From positions 2,336,001 to 2,400,000 of the forward strand of contig CBDFJR010000005.1 of the NCBI GenBank assembly GCA_965248535.1: a stretch of DNA of 64,000 nucleotides, read 5' to 3'. This document shows positions 30,137 to 41,497 of the stretch, one piece after another. Every line of letters starts with the position of its first letter. Positions within the stretch are counted from its first letter, which is position 1. The notes below the pieces were generated by a model. That model searched no databases. It had not been told where the DNA came from and saw nothing but the letters and a program-made list of their open reading frames with translations. The stretch comes from Phormidesmis sp. Lineage in GTDB: Bacteria > Cyanobacteriota > Cyanobacteriia > Leptolyngbyales > Leptolyngbyaceae. The translations under genes and the position numbers were made by a program.

Positions 30137-30901
30137 TTATTTTGGAGCGCAGCAGGGGGTGAGAGTAGGGGGAGCGGTAAGGTTTTGTTGCTGAAGGAGT
30201 TGATTCCAGGCGGCGATCGTAGGGTTAGTTTTAGAGATACGAAGTTGAGTCCCTAGTTCCGACAGGGCATCGTACCAAATTCCAGATTTTGCATAACTCG
30301 TCGCACGGTCTAACGGCGTTTTGGCGATCGCGAGTTCTTGGCGTAATTTGGGAGAAGCCGTGATGCGTTGAAGGGTGCCCCGACGAACCACAGGAGTATC
30401 GATCGCTTCATCGCAAAAGATTGCCAGTTCCCAGCGATAGGTTCCTTGAGTTAGAGGTGGGGCGGTCGTGGGCATCGAAAGGCTGATGATCTGGGAAGTC
30501 GAGGTTGTTTTAGGAATGCGGAGCGTTGTTTTATAAATCAGCTTGCCCTTGGCATCTTGGAGTCGCCATTGGGCAGGAGCTTCGGTGTTAATTTGGGCGG
30601 GAAGGCTAAACCAAACCGTTGGACGATCGCGAACCGTTAAGCCCCACAGCGTGTCTGGACGAATCGCCGGAACCAAGGCTGTAAGGCTCTGGTAGCGTTC
30701 TTCACAGGCACCTCGATGCCCACCGCCCTGCCCACGATCGCTCGGTTCACCCGGATCAGGAGGAGTCGGTGGATCAAAGCGAATTTGCTGCGGAATTTGA
30801 GGGGTTGCTTCGCTAAGGGGAATGTCTCCCCCTAAACTAGCGATCAAGAGCGTGATTGCTGCGATGAATGCTGGAGGGAATACTGTTGTTAAACTAGACA
30901 T
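30137..30901 (-). CDS. DUF928 family secreted protein
   Basis: Signal-like N-terminus; GGGHRGAC, LTALVP, GLT..RPTVWF, YRWELAIFC, YAKSGIWYDAL. Confidence 0.88.
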   Translation of the reverse strand: MSSLTTVFPPAFIAAITLLIASLGGDIPLSEATPQIPQQIRFDPPTPPDPGEPSDRGQGGGHRGACEERYQSLTALVPAIRPDTLWGLTVRDRPTVWFSLPAQINTEAPAQWRLQDAKGKLIYKTTLRIPKTTSTSQIISLSMPTTAPPLTQGTYRWELAIFCDEAIDTPVVRRGTLQRITASPKLRQELAIAKTPLDRATSYAKSGIWYDALSELGTQLRISKTNPTIAAWNQLLQQQNLTAPPTLTPCCAPK

Positions 30902-30944
30902 CTCAGGAGTTTCTCTAATAGGTCAACGATAGTCTTAACAGGAT

Positions 30945-33278
30945 TTAATTGTCTTTTATAATCGTGAAGCGATAAGCAACGATACAAGCCGTTAATCCCA
31001 TAACTCCCAGCGTAGGCACCAGCGGAATCCAGCCGCCGCTAATCAATAGACAGTAGGATACACCCATAACCACACCACTGCTGAACAACAGCGCGATCGT
31101 AAAGCCTCTGGCATGGCGAAACCTCCAAGCAATCAGTCCTCCGACTAGGGAGCCGCTGCCGATCCACAGCACTTCAACCCAAGACGGCCACACCCACAGC
31201 AAGGGGCGGCGATCGAGCACAGCACTCAGCATCTGACTGACCATCTGAGCATGAATCAACACACCCGGCACTCGCTGCGGAAAGCTTTTCCCGTAGGGGG
31301 TTGCAAAAGAATCGCCGCTACTGGGCGCAGTCATGCCAATCAAGACCACTCGATCTCGGATGGCTTCAAGATTCATTTGTCCACTGAGTATCTGACGCAC
31401 GGTGACTTGTTGAGCAATCGTTTGCGGCGGCAGCGATCGATAGTTCAGCAAGACCTGACTTCCCCGTGCATCCAGTTGTTGGTATCCACTCACGCGATCG
31501 CTCAGTCCTAAGAACGTGGTGCTGGCTAATTTGAGATATCGCTCAGGCGTAAATGTGGGCAAAATTGGGCTAGGTTCTGCTGCAAGATAACGAAAGGCAA
31601 GCTGAACACTCAGAGCATAGGGTGTCGTGCAGGTCGCGATTGTCTTAGGGCTAACAAACAACAAGTGACGACGAATCACACTATCTTCGTCTTGCACAAA
31701 ATCACTAAAGCCAATCTTGCTAGCGCGAATGTTAGGCGGTGGCGCAACGCCCGTTAAGTCGCGAGACATCGGATCAGGACGCTTGCAAACGGCAATCAGT
31801 TGATCGCGCTGAGTTAATTGCTCTAATCGTTGTTGAAGCGAGGAATTTTGGGTGGGAAAATCGCGGTAAAGATCCAATCCGATCACACGGGGATGATAGC
31901 GCGACAGAATTTCTAGCAATCGATCGAGTGTTGCATCAGATAATGATCCGGCGTTCTGTTTTTCGATATCTTCTTCATCAATTCGCACAATCAGCAATCG
32001 TGAGTCGGGCGGCTCTGGCGGGCGAAATTGCATCAAGCGATCGAAGGTTTGCAGCTCTAGCGGTTGCATCAAGCCCAGCCCGCGAAGCAGCACGATCGCG
32101 AGGGTGACCACGAGGCTAGACTGCGCGATCGTGAGAGTCTGCGATCGCGTCAGACGAGGAAATCGTGACGGACGAGGGGCAACCCAATCTGACCAGCGCG
32201 ATGGCACCTCAGCCGGATTTTGACAAATGACTGGGAGCCAGGTTGCACACGGAAAATCGCCTTCTAACGATTGCAGTTTTTCGCGCGCTTCTCGAACGGC
32301 AACATAGAGTGATTTATCTTGAGCAAAGCCCGATAAAAAGTGTTTGAGAAAGTCTTGGGCGACCCGATCGGGCACAAGTTCTCGCATCACGATCGTTTGA
32401 GTTAGCTGCAAATCTGCTAGATCGTGGGCAAGTCCTAACCCGTCACAAGAGTTAAAGATTGCCAGTTTCAATCCATGGGCGATCGCGTTGCGCAATCCAT
32501 ATTTCAACTGTTCAACTGTGATGGTGTCAGTCTGATTAATTTGGATGCAGCCTTTTTTGCGACTATCGCTATGACCTGCAAAAAATAGAATGTTCCATTC
32601 CGATTGCCAAAGCTGATCTTGAACCGCTTGTAGAGTTGGTTCAATAAGCCATTTAATTTCAGCGTTGGGTAATTGCTGAAGGAGTTGTCGATCGCGATCG
32701 ATTTCTATTCCGTTAGCGTTACCTAGAATGCTGAGAATCTTTACTGTTTCATGATGGGGTTTGGGTTGAATTTGTATGATCTCTGTCGATCGAGCAAACG
32801 TAGACAGACTGATGGCAATTTCAGCGATCGCATAGTCAGTCAAAAAGTCCCATAGGTTCCACGGTAGCTGTAGAACTTGTAGATTATCTGCCACAATGAT
32901 TAATCGAATCGCGTCTTGAGGAGAAAGTCGAGTTCTCAGCGATCGCTCGATCGATTGGAACGAAGCAACACTCAGCCATTGATTCAGATGACGCTGAAGG
33001 GTTTGACAAAGGGCGTTGAATTCTGCTAGCGAAACGCGGGTGTTATCATCCTCCTCAATATCAAAGTCTGGCAACCGCCGCAGCCCCAAATGAGCATAGA
33101 TCGCCGAGTAGTGCGATCGCCAGCGTTGATGATCTGCCACAAACTCAGGAATTGCAGGCAGACTGCCGCTAAACTGCATCGGGGTGGGATGATCGGGTTC
33201 CCAAAGCTGCGCGAACACGCTAGGGAACCCAGTTTTCCAGTGTCCTTGTCCAAAATTGAGCACAATCACAAATTCCAT
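30945..33278 (-). CDS. CHAT protease domain + TM + CHASE2 sensor + C-terminal TM helices
   Basis: LFFAGHS / AIFNSCDG dyad; [58 protein letters not shown]2 motifs. Confidence 0.9.
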   Translation of the reverse strand: MEFVIVLNFGQGHWKTGFPSVFAQLWEPDHPTPMQFSGSLPAIPEFVADHQRWRSHYSAIYAHLGLRRLPDFDIEEDDNTRVSLAEFNALCQTLQRHLNQWLSVASFQSIERSLRTRLSPQDAIRLIIVADNLQVLQLPWNLWDFLTDYAIAEIAISLSTFARSTEIIQIQPKPHHETVKILSILGNANGIEIDRDRQLLQQLPNAEIKWLIEPTLQAVQDQLWQSEWNILFFAGHSDSRKKGCIQINQTDTITVEQLKYGLRNAIAHGLKLAIFNSCDGLGLAHDLADLQLTQTIVMRELVPDRVAQDFLKHFLSGFAQDKSLYVAVREAREKLQSLEGDFPCATWLPVICQNPAEVPSRWSDWVAPRPSRFPRLTRSQTLTIAQSSLVVTLAIVLLRGLGLMQPLELQTFDRLMQFRPPEPPDSRLLIVRIDEEDIEKQNAGSLSDATLDRLLEILSRYHPRVIGLDLYRDFPTQNSSLQQRLEQLTQRDQLIAVCKRPDPMSRDLTGVAPPPNIRASKIGFSDFVQDEDSVIRRHLLFVSPKTIATCTTPYALSVQLAFRYLAAEPSPILPTFTPERYLKLASTTFLGLSDRVSGYQQLDARGSQVLLNYRSLPPQTIAQQVTVRQILSGQMNLEAIRDRVVLIGMTAPSSGDSFATPYGKSFPQRVPGVLIHAQMVSQMLSAVLDRRPLLWVWPSWVEVLWIGSGSLVGGLIAWRFRHARGFTIALLFSSGVVMGVSYCLLISGGWIPLVPTLGVMGLTACIVAYRFTIIKDN

Positions 33279-33280
33279 GA

Positions 33281-34432
33281 CTACACCACAAAAGGTAGGA
33301 TGAGGGTGTCAGCGGCGATTGCAAGCTCTATGGTAAAGCGAGTCGCGATCGGGCATTTAAACCGTTTTAGTTGAATGAGATTGTCTTGATCGGTCGCTTC
33401 AACTGTTTGGATCATTTCACCCGCAGCCGATCCCGATCGCAGCGTTAGTTGCAGTCCGCTCGGCAGCGTAGACTGTGGATCAGCCGATCGAAGCTGAAGG
33501 CGAATAGTGAGGCGATCGGGGGAATCTGGATCGAGTTGTACGATTAACAGCAGCGATCGTTGATTGAGATCGACTACTTTGACGCGCTGAACAGAGGTTG
33601 GTGCAGTTTCAGCCCCTTGTCTAAAACTATAGGCAAGCGCATTGTTGTAATCAAACAAACTCTCTAGGCTCTGCCAACCCGCGTCAAAACTCTGCTGTAG
33701 CCAACGGCTAAGATTGACCAAAGGAGCCTTCTCTCGGCGTTGAAGATTGACTAAGCGATCGCGCCACTCAGCTTGCTCGACCAATGCGCCCCATTGGGCA
33801 AACGGCAGCACCAAGCGAGGCTCAATCACTAATGGATTCGCCAACTGCTGCAAGAGCGTTTCTGCTTGGGTGGTGGTGATTGGATTGAGCGGCGCAACGG
33901 TTGAGCGAGTCACTTCATTTAGTCCTGCCTGCTGCGCGACCCAAAACACGCTGATATCTCGAATCAGATAGGCAGCATCTAGTGAGTAAGTGCGATCGTC
34001 GGCATTATAGGTTCCCAGGGTTTTAATCTGGGCGTGAGTGGTATATCCCCAGATCCGCAGCGTTGACTCATCAGGATCGATTTGAACTGCAAAATAATAG
34101 TCCCCAATCCAACTCGACAAATCCATCCATTCTTGAGAGACTCGCAGTTCAGACGTGTCGATCGAGCAAGTGGGAATCAGAATTAATCGGCAGTCATCCC
34201 AGACGATCGAGGTTCCCTTGACCAGTTGCCAAGCCGACGTGAGTTGCGAACCTGATAACCCGCTTTGAGCCTGAGGCACATACTCAGCTTGAATCCAGGG
34301 CAACACGGTCTGCAAACAGACTGGATTGAGATAAACACTCCAAGCCTGCCCCTCAAGTTGCCTCCACGCCGCCTCTTGCACAGAGGCAGAAATCTCTAAA
34401 TTCAGATCAGTCAGACACTCTAAAAAAGTCAT
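33281..34432 (-). CDS. DUF1822-family protein
   Basis: AWSVYLN..LPW, RLILIP, ELRVSQEWMDLSSWIGDYYFAVQI, IWGYTTH, VNLSRWLQ..GWQ. Confidence 0.88.
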   Translation of the reverse strand: MTFLECLTDLNLEISASVQEAAWRQLEGQAWSVYLNPVCLQTVLPWIQAEYVPQAQSGLSGSQLTSAWQLVKGTSIVWDDCRLILIPTCSIDTSELRVSQEWMDLSSWIGDYYFAVQIDPDESTLRIWGYTTHAQIKTLGTYNADDRTYSLDAAYLIRDISVFWVAQQAGLNEVTRSTVAPLNPITTTQAETLLQQLANPLVIEPRLVLPFAQWGALVEQAEWRDRLVNLQRREKAPLVNLSRWLQQSFDAGWQSLESLFDYNNALAYSFRQGAETAPTSVQRVKVVDLNQRSLLLIVQLDPDSPDRLTIRLQLRSADPQSTLPSGLQLTLRSGSAAGEMIQTVEATDQDNLIQLKRFKCPIATRFTIELAIAADTLILPFVV

Positions 34433-34434
34433 CG

Positions 34435-35649
34435 TTATTGCTCCGAAGCGTGATTTGCCGAGGCGCGATCGTCAGAGTCATGACTAGCGTAATAGTGACG
34501 AAGCCACTCGTCTAACTCAGCCCCCATTCCTTTGATCACGTTGGAACTGACCGAAATATGTAAGGTCTCCTGACTCCAATGCACTAATTTGAGCAATAAT
34601 TGTTCTCGTGTTTTAGACAATCTGCGAGAAATCGTATATTGCTGCATCTCAAGCTCGTGGGCAATTTGCTGCTGGGTAAGCTGCTGCTGATAATAAAGGG
34701 CTAATAGTTTCTGAGTCACGGCATCTAGCGAAGCCACACTCTCTGCTAGCACCTGAGACATCTCGCGGCGCTGAGTCTGACGCTGCTGAGTGTCTTCTTC
34801 AGCAATCAGCTTCTCTAACAGCGAGGTGTGGTCATGGACTAAATCATCCTGCCACTGTCCCGATTCACGATCGCCCTTGGGTGCATTGAGTGAGGCCACA
34901 GTGGGATAAGCGCTGCTTCGCACCCGACTGGCACAATAGAGCAGCCAGCGCTCTAGCTCAACCGCAGTCGTCACCGACCCGTCGGGCAACCGTGACTGAT
35001 GATAGCGATCGACGATGACGTGCCAAGTTTTGGGGTCAGGGGCAGTCGATCGCCGCAAACCCAGCGTTTTTGCAGGTTTATAGCTGGCTTCAAAACAGTG
35101 CCACGCCAGCACAAGCTGATCAATTCTCACGCTGTTTAGCCCTTCTTGCTGCAAGACTTCGATCAAGCGCTTGCGGCTGAGTTTGAGCAACAGCCCCCAC
35201 TCGCTGCACAGGTCGATTTCGCGCCGTTGTCGTAGCCAGTCGCGCACCACGTTGCCAAAAGCGCTACTGGCATAGGTTTTCAGCGTTGCCCGACCGCTGA
35301 CTTCACAGGCTGCGAGAATTTTGGGAACCGCCGCGATCGCGATTTGAAAAAAGTCTGAGATCTGACTGCCTCGTTGAGAATGAATGATTTTTTGCACACT
35401 CCAATAGCACGCTTCTTGCAAATAGGCAGAGAGATGCCCAACTGCCAGAGATCGTTGCCCCTCTGCTTCTGATTGAGCGCATTGGTGCCAATATCGCTCC
35501 CAAAAATCGGCGGCTACCTCTGGGCGACTTTGCATCTGAGTCTTGATACTGCGCTGAAGTTTTGCATCCACACTCCAGCGAGTCGCCACGTTCGATTCAA
35601 ACTGAAGAAACGTTGAAAACAGGTCGGGGATGCTCTGACGAGGACGCAT
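34435..35649 (-). CDS. Cyanobacterial sigma-70 family RNA polymerase sigma factor-like protein
   Basis: FSTFLQF, HLSAYLQEACYW, SEWGLL, SLNAP; region 4 LLALYYQQQLTQQQIAHELEMQQYTISRRL. Confidence 0.85.
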   Translation of the reverse strand: MRPRQSIPDLFSTFLQFESNVATRWSVDAKLQRSIKTQMQSRPEVAADFWERYWHQCAQSEAEGQRSLAVGHLSAYLQEACYWSVQKIIHSQRGSQISDFFQIAIAAVPKILAACEVSGRATLKTYASSAFGNVVRDWLRQRREIDLCSEWGLLLKLSRKRLIEVLQQEGLNSVRIDQLVLAWHCFEASYKPAKTLGLRRSTAPDPKTWHVIVDRYHQSRLPDGSVTTAVELERWLLYCASRVRSSAYPTVASLNAPKGDRESGQWQDDLVHDHTSLLEKLIAEEDTQQRQTQRREMSQVLAESVASLDAVTQKLLALYYQQQLTQQQIAHELEMQQYTISRRLSKTREQLLLKLVHWSQETLHISVSSNVIKGMGAELDEWLRHYYASHDSDDRASANHASEQ

Positions 35650-35659
35650 GACAAAAACC

Positions 35660-36982
35660 TCACCACGGATTTCCTACTAGCGTAAAGGCTGCCCAGTGAT
35701 AAGGGTGAGATATGTTTGTACTGGATGCAGTCGCTTGGCTCGGCAAATCTTTGAGATGCAGTTGATTATGCAGCATTTCAAGCTGGGCGAGCCTGAGGGC
35801 TTCTGCCTTAATCGTCGCGGTTTTGAGATGCCGATAAAACGCCTGCATGAGCAATGGAGTGCTGAGATCACTGACTGACCAGAGAGACGCGATCGCGGCT
35901 TTACTCCCGGCTTGCACCGCTAGACCTGCAAACCCTAGCTCGGCGTTGCGATCGCCCAAGGCCGTTCGACAAGCGCTCAACACTAAAAGCTGCACGGGCG
36001 GCTGCTGCAATCCTAATTCTTGAAACTGATCGAGGCGAAGCTGTTGATTCCAGAACTGAATGTAAGAGCGATCGACGGTTCCAGCAGCAAACTCGGCGTG
36101 AGTCGCAAAATGCACAATGCTATAGGGAAAGCTGGCTCTCTGCTCCCGCAGATTTTTGAGCGTAAAGGCTTGATTGAGCAATTGTCTACCGCTCCAGGGC
36201 GGTTGGGTGATGGCCGCGAGTTCGAGGGGCACACCGGGCAGATCGGTCTGATGGTCAAACGTTGAGGCTCCCATTGCCAACACTTGAGTTTGAGAGGTGT
36301 TGCGGGCCGTGCGATCGAGCAAATTAAATGCGGGAATGATTGCCAGTTGGTAGGTCTCAATTAAGAACCGCTTTCCGTCGTGCAGTGCGGCGAGCGGAAG
36401 ACTTCGCAGCCCGCTTCCTAAGCAAAAAATCAATAGATCGGCGTTCCCTAAGTCTGCGGCAATAGAGCCAACCAGCCATTGATAGAGTTGTTGCCCTGGC
36501 TCAAGATATTCATCGGGCTGTGAGTCGGGACGCAGAATGCCCATGCGAAATGTCTGAATCGTCTCCCGCAATCGCACCGGATTGGCGGCGGGCACTTCTC
36601 GTCGAATCAGTTTTCCAGACTCTAAAACGAGAATCAGATCTAAGCGATCGGGCTGGGGAATGGCGTAGATCAGCGCAGCATGATGCTTTGTCTCTTGATT
36701 GATCTGGGCCAGCGATCGGGCAATCTGATCTGCTGGAACAATCTCGCTCGTGATTTTTCCCTGAAAGTAGTCTTCAAACTGCCGTTTCCAGCGTTGCTCA
36801 ACCTGCTCGATCGTGGTTGCAATCTCCGTGGTTGCAATCTCAGATGATGGCAAAACAGAGGGCGACACAACAGGCAGATCGTAGGAGTCTGACCCCGATT
36901 GAGCCGTTCCACTCTGAGCCAACATTGCTGCAAAAAGGCAAATCGACAGTGCTAGCAATACCCAAAATTGGAGTTTTCGCAT
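35660..36982 (-). CDS. Secreted CHAT-domain protease
   Basis: Signal peptide; LPLAALHDG, VHFATHA, LLVLSACRTALG, ASLWSVSD, HPYHWAAF. Confidence 0.92.
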   Translation of the reverse strand: MRKLQFWVLLALSICLFAAMLAQSGTAQSGSDSYDLPVVSPSVLPSSEIATTEIATTIEQVEQRWKRQFEDYFQGKITSEIVPADQIARSLAQINQETKHHAALIYAIPQPDRLDLILVLESGKLIRREVPAANPVRLRETIQTFRMGILRPDSQPDEYLEPGQQLYQWLVGSIAADLGNADLLIFCLGSGLRSLPLAALHDGKRFLIETYQLAIIPAFNLLDRTARNTSQTQVLAMGASTFDHQTDLPGVPLELAAITQPPWSGRQLLNQAFTLKNLREQRASFPYSIVHFATHAEFAAGTVDRSYIQFWNQQLRLDQFQELGLQQPPVQLLVLSACRTALGDRNAELGFAGLAVQAGSKAAIASLWSVSDLSTPLLMQAFYRHLKTATIKAEALRLAQLEMLHNQLHLKDLPSQATASSTNISHPYHWAAFTLVGNPW

Positions 36983-37239
36983 TGCATTTAGACGGCAAGT
37001 CTAAGAATAGAGCTACGTCATATTCTATCTGAAGGGTTTTCACCGTGGTGAATTCAAACACAATTATTCAGCGATCGCTCTGAAGGAACAAAAATATAGG
37101 ACAGCAAAAACGTCCTAACGCCAATCGCAATCACCTCTCAGACTGAATTTGCTTGATAATCCTAGAAGTATTTGAACAGCATTCCAGATGCGATCGCGAT
37201 TCTAAAATTCAAAACTAAGAACAGTCAACCTGTTAAGGA

Positions 37240-38622
37240 TCAAATGGGTAACGTAATAAAAAATTCTGTTCCCGTTCCGAGTTCAGATACACAATCAATC
37301 ATTCCACCATGTTTTTCTACAATAATTTGGCGACTGATCGGCAATCCTAATCCTGTTCCTTTTCCGACAGGTTTTGTTGTAAAGGACGGTTCAAAAATAT
37401 GGGACTGAATCTCAGGAGGCATTCCCGCTCCGCTATCTTTAATCTGAATCGTAATCTGATCTTTTGAAGCGCTCACTGTAGTAGTGATGAGAATGTTGGT
37501 AGATGCACCAATTTCTTGATAAGAAAGACCGTGAATTGTATCTTCGATCGCGTCAATAGCGTTGGCAATTATGTTCATAAACACCTGATTAAGTTGCCCC
37601 GGATAGCACCTAATCGGCGGCAAATCTCCAAACCGTTTGATGACTTGAATCTCTGGATGACGATCGCAGGCTTTTGTGCGATGTTTGAGCAGCATTAGTG
37701 TGCTCTCAATGCCTTCATGAATTTGAAACTCAGTTTTGGCTGAAATATCCGATCGAGCAAAAGTGCGTAACGACAAACTAATATCTCTCAGACGATTGAT
37801 CCCTTCTTGCATCGACACAAGCAGATTCGGCACATCTTCTATTAAATAGTCTAAATCAATTTCTTGAGTTAAATCGATGAGTTCTGGATCGGGATTTTGT
37901 AGCTTTGCTTGATATAAATTCAATAAATTAAGTAAGTCTCTTGTATAGTCTGTAACGTGCAAAAGATTACCGCTAATAAAATTAATTGGGTTGTTAATTT
38001 CATGACCAATGCCAGAGATTAACTCACCTAATGTAGACATCTTCTCACTTTGAATGAGTTGTAATTGAGTTTGACCTAGCTTTTGCATTGAGTCGGTTAG
38101 AGCAGCGGTGCGTTCGTCAACACGGCGTTCTAGCTCTTGGGCTAACTGTTGTAGTTGAGCCTCTGTCTCTGCCTGTTGAACTATTTTTTGCTGTAGTGAC
38201 TCATTTTTTTGTTCAAGGGCCTGAGCCAGCTTAGAAAGTTTTAAATGCAGCTTAATTCGAGCAATTACTTCTTCTTGTTGAAAAGGTTTAGTGATGTAAT
38301 CAACGGCCCCAAGTTCTAACCCTTTAACCTTATCAACGGCATCAGATAAAGCCGTCATAAAAATAACCGGAATCGCTTGTGTAGAAGCCCTAGCTTGAAG
38401 ATGCTGACAGGTTTCAAACCCATTCATGCCGGGCATCATCACATCTAACAAAATCAGGTCGGGGTGAGCATAGTCTGCTTGTTCGATCGCTGATTCACCA
38501 TCGGCAGCAACGAGCGTCATCCAGCCCTGTCCTCGAATCGCTTCAGCCAGCACTTTCAGGTTAGTCGGGTTGTCATCAACGAGCAGAATGCGGCTTGTGG
38601 TCAACTGAGCATCAGACATCAT
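37240..38622 (-). CDS. Hybrid response regulator-histidine kinase (REC-HisKA-HATPase)
   Basis: [60 protein letters not shown]. Confidence 0.95.
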   Translation of the reverse strand: MMSDAQLTTSRILLVDDNPTNLKVLAEAIRGQGWMTLVAADGESAIEQADYAHPDLILLDVMMPGMNGFETCQHLQARASTQAIPVIFMTALSDAVDKVKGLELGAVDYITKPFQQEEVIARIKLHLKLSKLAQALEQKNESLQQKIVQQAETEAQLQQLAQELERRVDERTAALTDSMQKLGQTQLQLIQSEKMSTLGELISGIGHEINNPINFISGNLLHVTDYTRDLLNLLNLYQAKLQNPDPELIDLTQEIDLDYLIEDVPNLLVSMQEGINRLRDISLSLRTFARSDISAKTEFQIHEGIESTLMLLKHRTKACDRHPEIQVIKRFGDLPPIRCYPGQLNQVFMNIIANAIDAIEDTIHGLSYQEIGASTNILITTTVSASKDQITIQIKDSGAGMPPEIQSHIFEPSFTTKPVGKGTGLGLPISRQIIVEKHGGMIDCVSELGTGTEFFITLPI

Positions 38623-41360
38623 GAGAGTGAGCCTATAGTTGAAAATGACTTCAGAAATTTGCGAATTTTACCTGTCTGATACTCTGCGGTGAGTTTGCTA
38701 AGTTCAGTCGTGAACCCTTTGAACTGATGATTTCTCGCGGTCATGTCTCTTAGAATGCCCTCGATCGTTTGCACATCTCCCATCATGGCCAGATGATAAA
38801 GCTGATCGATAACCGCTTGGTCAGGAAGAATCATTTCGTCAGCGGTAACTGCAACGTCAATGCGTTGAGAATCATAAATCCACTCAAGTTTTAACAGAGT
38901 TTGCAACGTGTCTAACAACGTCTCAGCCTGCAAAGGTTTTGCCAAAAAGATGTCTGCACCTGTCTGCAAGCTACGCTGGTGATCAGCCTCAAAAGCGCTG
39001 GCGCTCACCACCACGATCGACAGGGAATTTGTTTGCGGATTGTCTCGAAGATGATGGATTAGTTCAAAACCGTCCATCACAGGCATCGAGAGATCTAGAA
39101 TCACCGCATCGGGCTGATTTGTTAGGGCAGCAGTGAGTCCTTGTTGACCATCATCAGCTTCAAAAACGTGAAATCCCAGGCTCTGTAGTAGGGTAGCCAG
39201 ACCCGATCGGTGATTGAGATCGTCATCGACAATGAGAATCCGAGGCACAACGTGCTGAATGCCGATAATTTTTTGGCGATCGGGCACCGTTGTCAAGTCG
39301 TCCCAATCGTGCGAGATCGGCATGTTTAGATCAATCGAGAAGACACTTCCTTCTCCCAGTCGGCTCTGAACGGTGATTTGACTAGCCATCTGAGCAACGA
39401 TCTTGTGGCTAATTGCCAGCCCTAATCCCGTTCCCTCCGCTTTGCGTCTCGCGTCTCCCGCTTGCTCAAACGGCAAAAAGATTTTTCCCACCTGTTCAGG
39501 TGAAATGCCGACTCCGGTGTCTTCAACTTGAAATTGCAGTTTACACGTCGATGAGTCAACTTGTTCAACCAGCAGCACCCGAAAGGTAACGCTGCCCTGA
39601 TCCGTGAACTTGATGGCGTTTCCTAATAAGTTGATCAACACCTGCCGCAATCGCTTTTCATCCGTCAGAATGCCAGAGGGCAAGCGATCGCTGAATGCCG
39701 CTTCAAACCCAATCCCTTTCTGTTCAGCGCGAATTCGACAAATCTCAGTCACTCCCTTCAAAAAGACTGGCAAATGAACTGGAATCGGCTGCAACTCTAA
39801 CTTACGCGCCTCAATTTTTGACAGATCTAAAACGTCATTAATCAACATCAGCAAGTGAGAACCGCACTGATGAATGATGCCGATTCCTTCTAAATCTTTG
39901 GGAGCCAGCGTTGGCGATCGCTCTAAAACTTGGGCATAGCCGAGAATGCCGTTGAGCGGAGTGCGAAGTTCATGACTCATGTTCGCTAAAAATTCGCTCT
40001 TTGCCTGATTAGCTGAATCCGCTAATTGCTTGGCTTTTACCAATTCATGAGTCCGTTCTTCGACCTTGACTTCTAGATTTTTAGAGTAGTCGAGTAGCTG
40101 ACTGTTGGCTGCTTCTAATCGGCGATTTGCGTCTTCTAAATGTTGCTGTTTGTGAGCCAGCGTTGTGGCGATGATACTGCCCAAAAACGACACCATAACT
40201 GGAGTCATTGGCACCAGCGCATGGTTCAAAAACAATCCATAGACTCCACTACTCATGCTCACTCCGGCTCCCACCGTTGCCCAGAGAATCTTGCCCCCCG
40301 GAATGCGGCTTTTGCGACCACCCGCTAGCCACCAACTGCCGACCGATCCAATTAACGATCCCAGCACAATCCAACCAGTTTGCTCACCGCCTGAGAAAGC
40401 CCTCAAATTTTGCTGTCCTACCTTAGCTGATTGCACCAGATGATAGGCAATATTGGCGTGAACTACCACACCCGGAGTCGGCTTTTGAGCCGAAACCCAG
40501 GAAGAACTGTAGGGAGTGCTGAAAAAATCATTGGTGCTGGCAGCGATCGAGCCAATCAACACCATGCGATCGTGCATCACCTCCGCCGGAACTCGACCCG
40601 CCAAAACGTCGCGCATTGCCACCGTCCGAAATGCTTTTTCTGAGCCGTGCCAGTTGAGAAGAACTTGATAACCGCCTAAATCAGCCTCAGAATATCCAGC
40701 TTCTTGGGGCTTTAATGGCATGTACACTGATTTTCCTAGTCGAAACGTTTGCTGATGGGGATCAACACTTTCTAGCGTTATGCCGTCGGCTTCGAGATAT
40801 TTGAGGGCAACGCTAGCTGCAAGTCCGGCTTTGAGGGTGCCTTGCTCTTTGGTGTCTTCCGCCGTCAGCAGGGCACGACGAATATGGCGATCGCCGTCCA
40901 ATACTAAATCCGCTATTGCGACCTGATCGAGCTTTTTTAGCTCAGGGGGCGGACTGACGCGATCGCCCGTAATTTTCTCAACTCCAATCAAATTTGGAGT
41001 TGTTTTAAACACGCTCACAAGCTTTTCATGACCCGTTCCTTCGGGTAAGTCTCGATAGAGGTCAAGCCCGATCGCTCTCGGCTTCTGCGCCCGAATTTTT
41101 TCTATCAACTCAGCCAGCGCCCAATCAGGAATCGGCCACTTCTGCACGGATTGAATATCTTGCTCATCAATCGTCACCACCACGATAGAGTCGGCAAAGG
41201 TCTCTGAAGAGCGCAACCGAAACAACTCATCTCGTGCTTTCCACTCTAATAAATTAAAGAGTCCTAACGACTGACCTGCCATCACCGTCAACGCCACACT
41301 GGGAGCCACAATCAAGATGCTGCGGTTGCGATAAAAAAAGGTTTTGAGTGTTCGCCACAT
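38619..41360 (-). CDS. CHASE2-domain hybrid sensor kinase (CHASE2-TM-HisKA-HATPase-REC)
   Basis: [68 protein letters not shown]; alternative start at 41399. Confidence 0.95.
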   Translation of the reverse strand: MWRTLKTFFYRNRSILIVAPSVALTVMAGQSLGLFNLLEWKARDELFRLRSSETFADSIVVVTIDEQDIQSVQKWPIPDWALAELIEKIRAQKPRAIGLDLYRDLPEGTGHEKLVSVFKTTPNLIGVEKITGDRVSPPPELKKLDQVAIADLVLDGDRHIRRALLTAEDTKEQGTLKAGLAASVALKYLEADGITLESVDPHQQTFRLGKSVYMPLKPQEAGYSEADLGGYQVLLNWHGSEKAFRTVAMRDVLAGRVPAEVMHDRMVLIGSIAASTNDFFSTPYSSSWVSAQKPTPGVVVHANIAYHLVQSAKVGQQNLRAFSGGEQTGWIVLGSLIGSVGSWWLAGGRKSRIPGGKILWATVGAGVSMSSGVYGLFLNHALVPMTPVMVSFLGSIIATTLAHKQQHLEDANRRLEAANSQLLDYSKNLEVKVEERTHELVKAKQLADSANQAKSEFLANMSHELRTPLNGILGYAQVLERSPTLAPKDLEGIGIIHQCGSHLLMLINDVLDLSKIEARKLELQPIPVHLPVFLKGVTEICRIRAEQKGIGFEAAFSDRLPSGILTDEKRLRQVLINLLGNAIKFTDQGSVTFRVLLVEQVDSSTCKLQFQVEDTGVGISPEQVGKIFLPFEQAGDARRKAEGTGLGLAISHKIVAQMASQITVQSRLGEGSVFSIDLNMPISHDWDDLTTVPDRQKIIGIQHVVPRILIVDDDLNHRSGLATLLQSLGFHVFEADDGQQGLTAALTNQPDAVILDLSMPVMDGFELIHHLRDNPQTNSLSIVVVSASAFEADHQRSLQTGADIFLAKPLQAETLLDTLQTLLKLEWIYDSQRIDVAVTADEMILPDQAVIDQLYHLAMMGDVQTIEGILRDMTARNHQFKGFTTELSKLTAEYQTGKIRKFLKSFSTIGSLS

Positions 41361-41407
41361 AGAATTGATATCAGCAGATAGGGGCAGGTTAGCGGGCATT
41401 TAAACAG

Positions 41408-41445
41408 GATCGGGTGCGTTGTGAATTGTCTTAACGCACCCGATC
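41408..41445. terminator. 13-bp perfect stem-loop downstream of DUF928
   Basis: gatcgggtgcgtt / aacgcacccgatc. Confidence 0.55.
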
Positions 41446-41497
41446 GCCATCATCCTTTTAGCCTCTGGGGTGTCTCAATCGACTGAGAAAGCTAGGG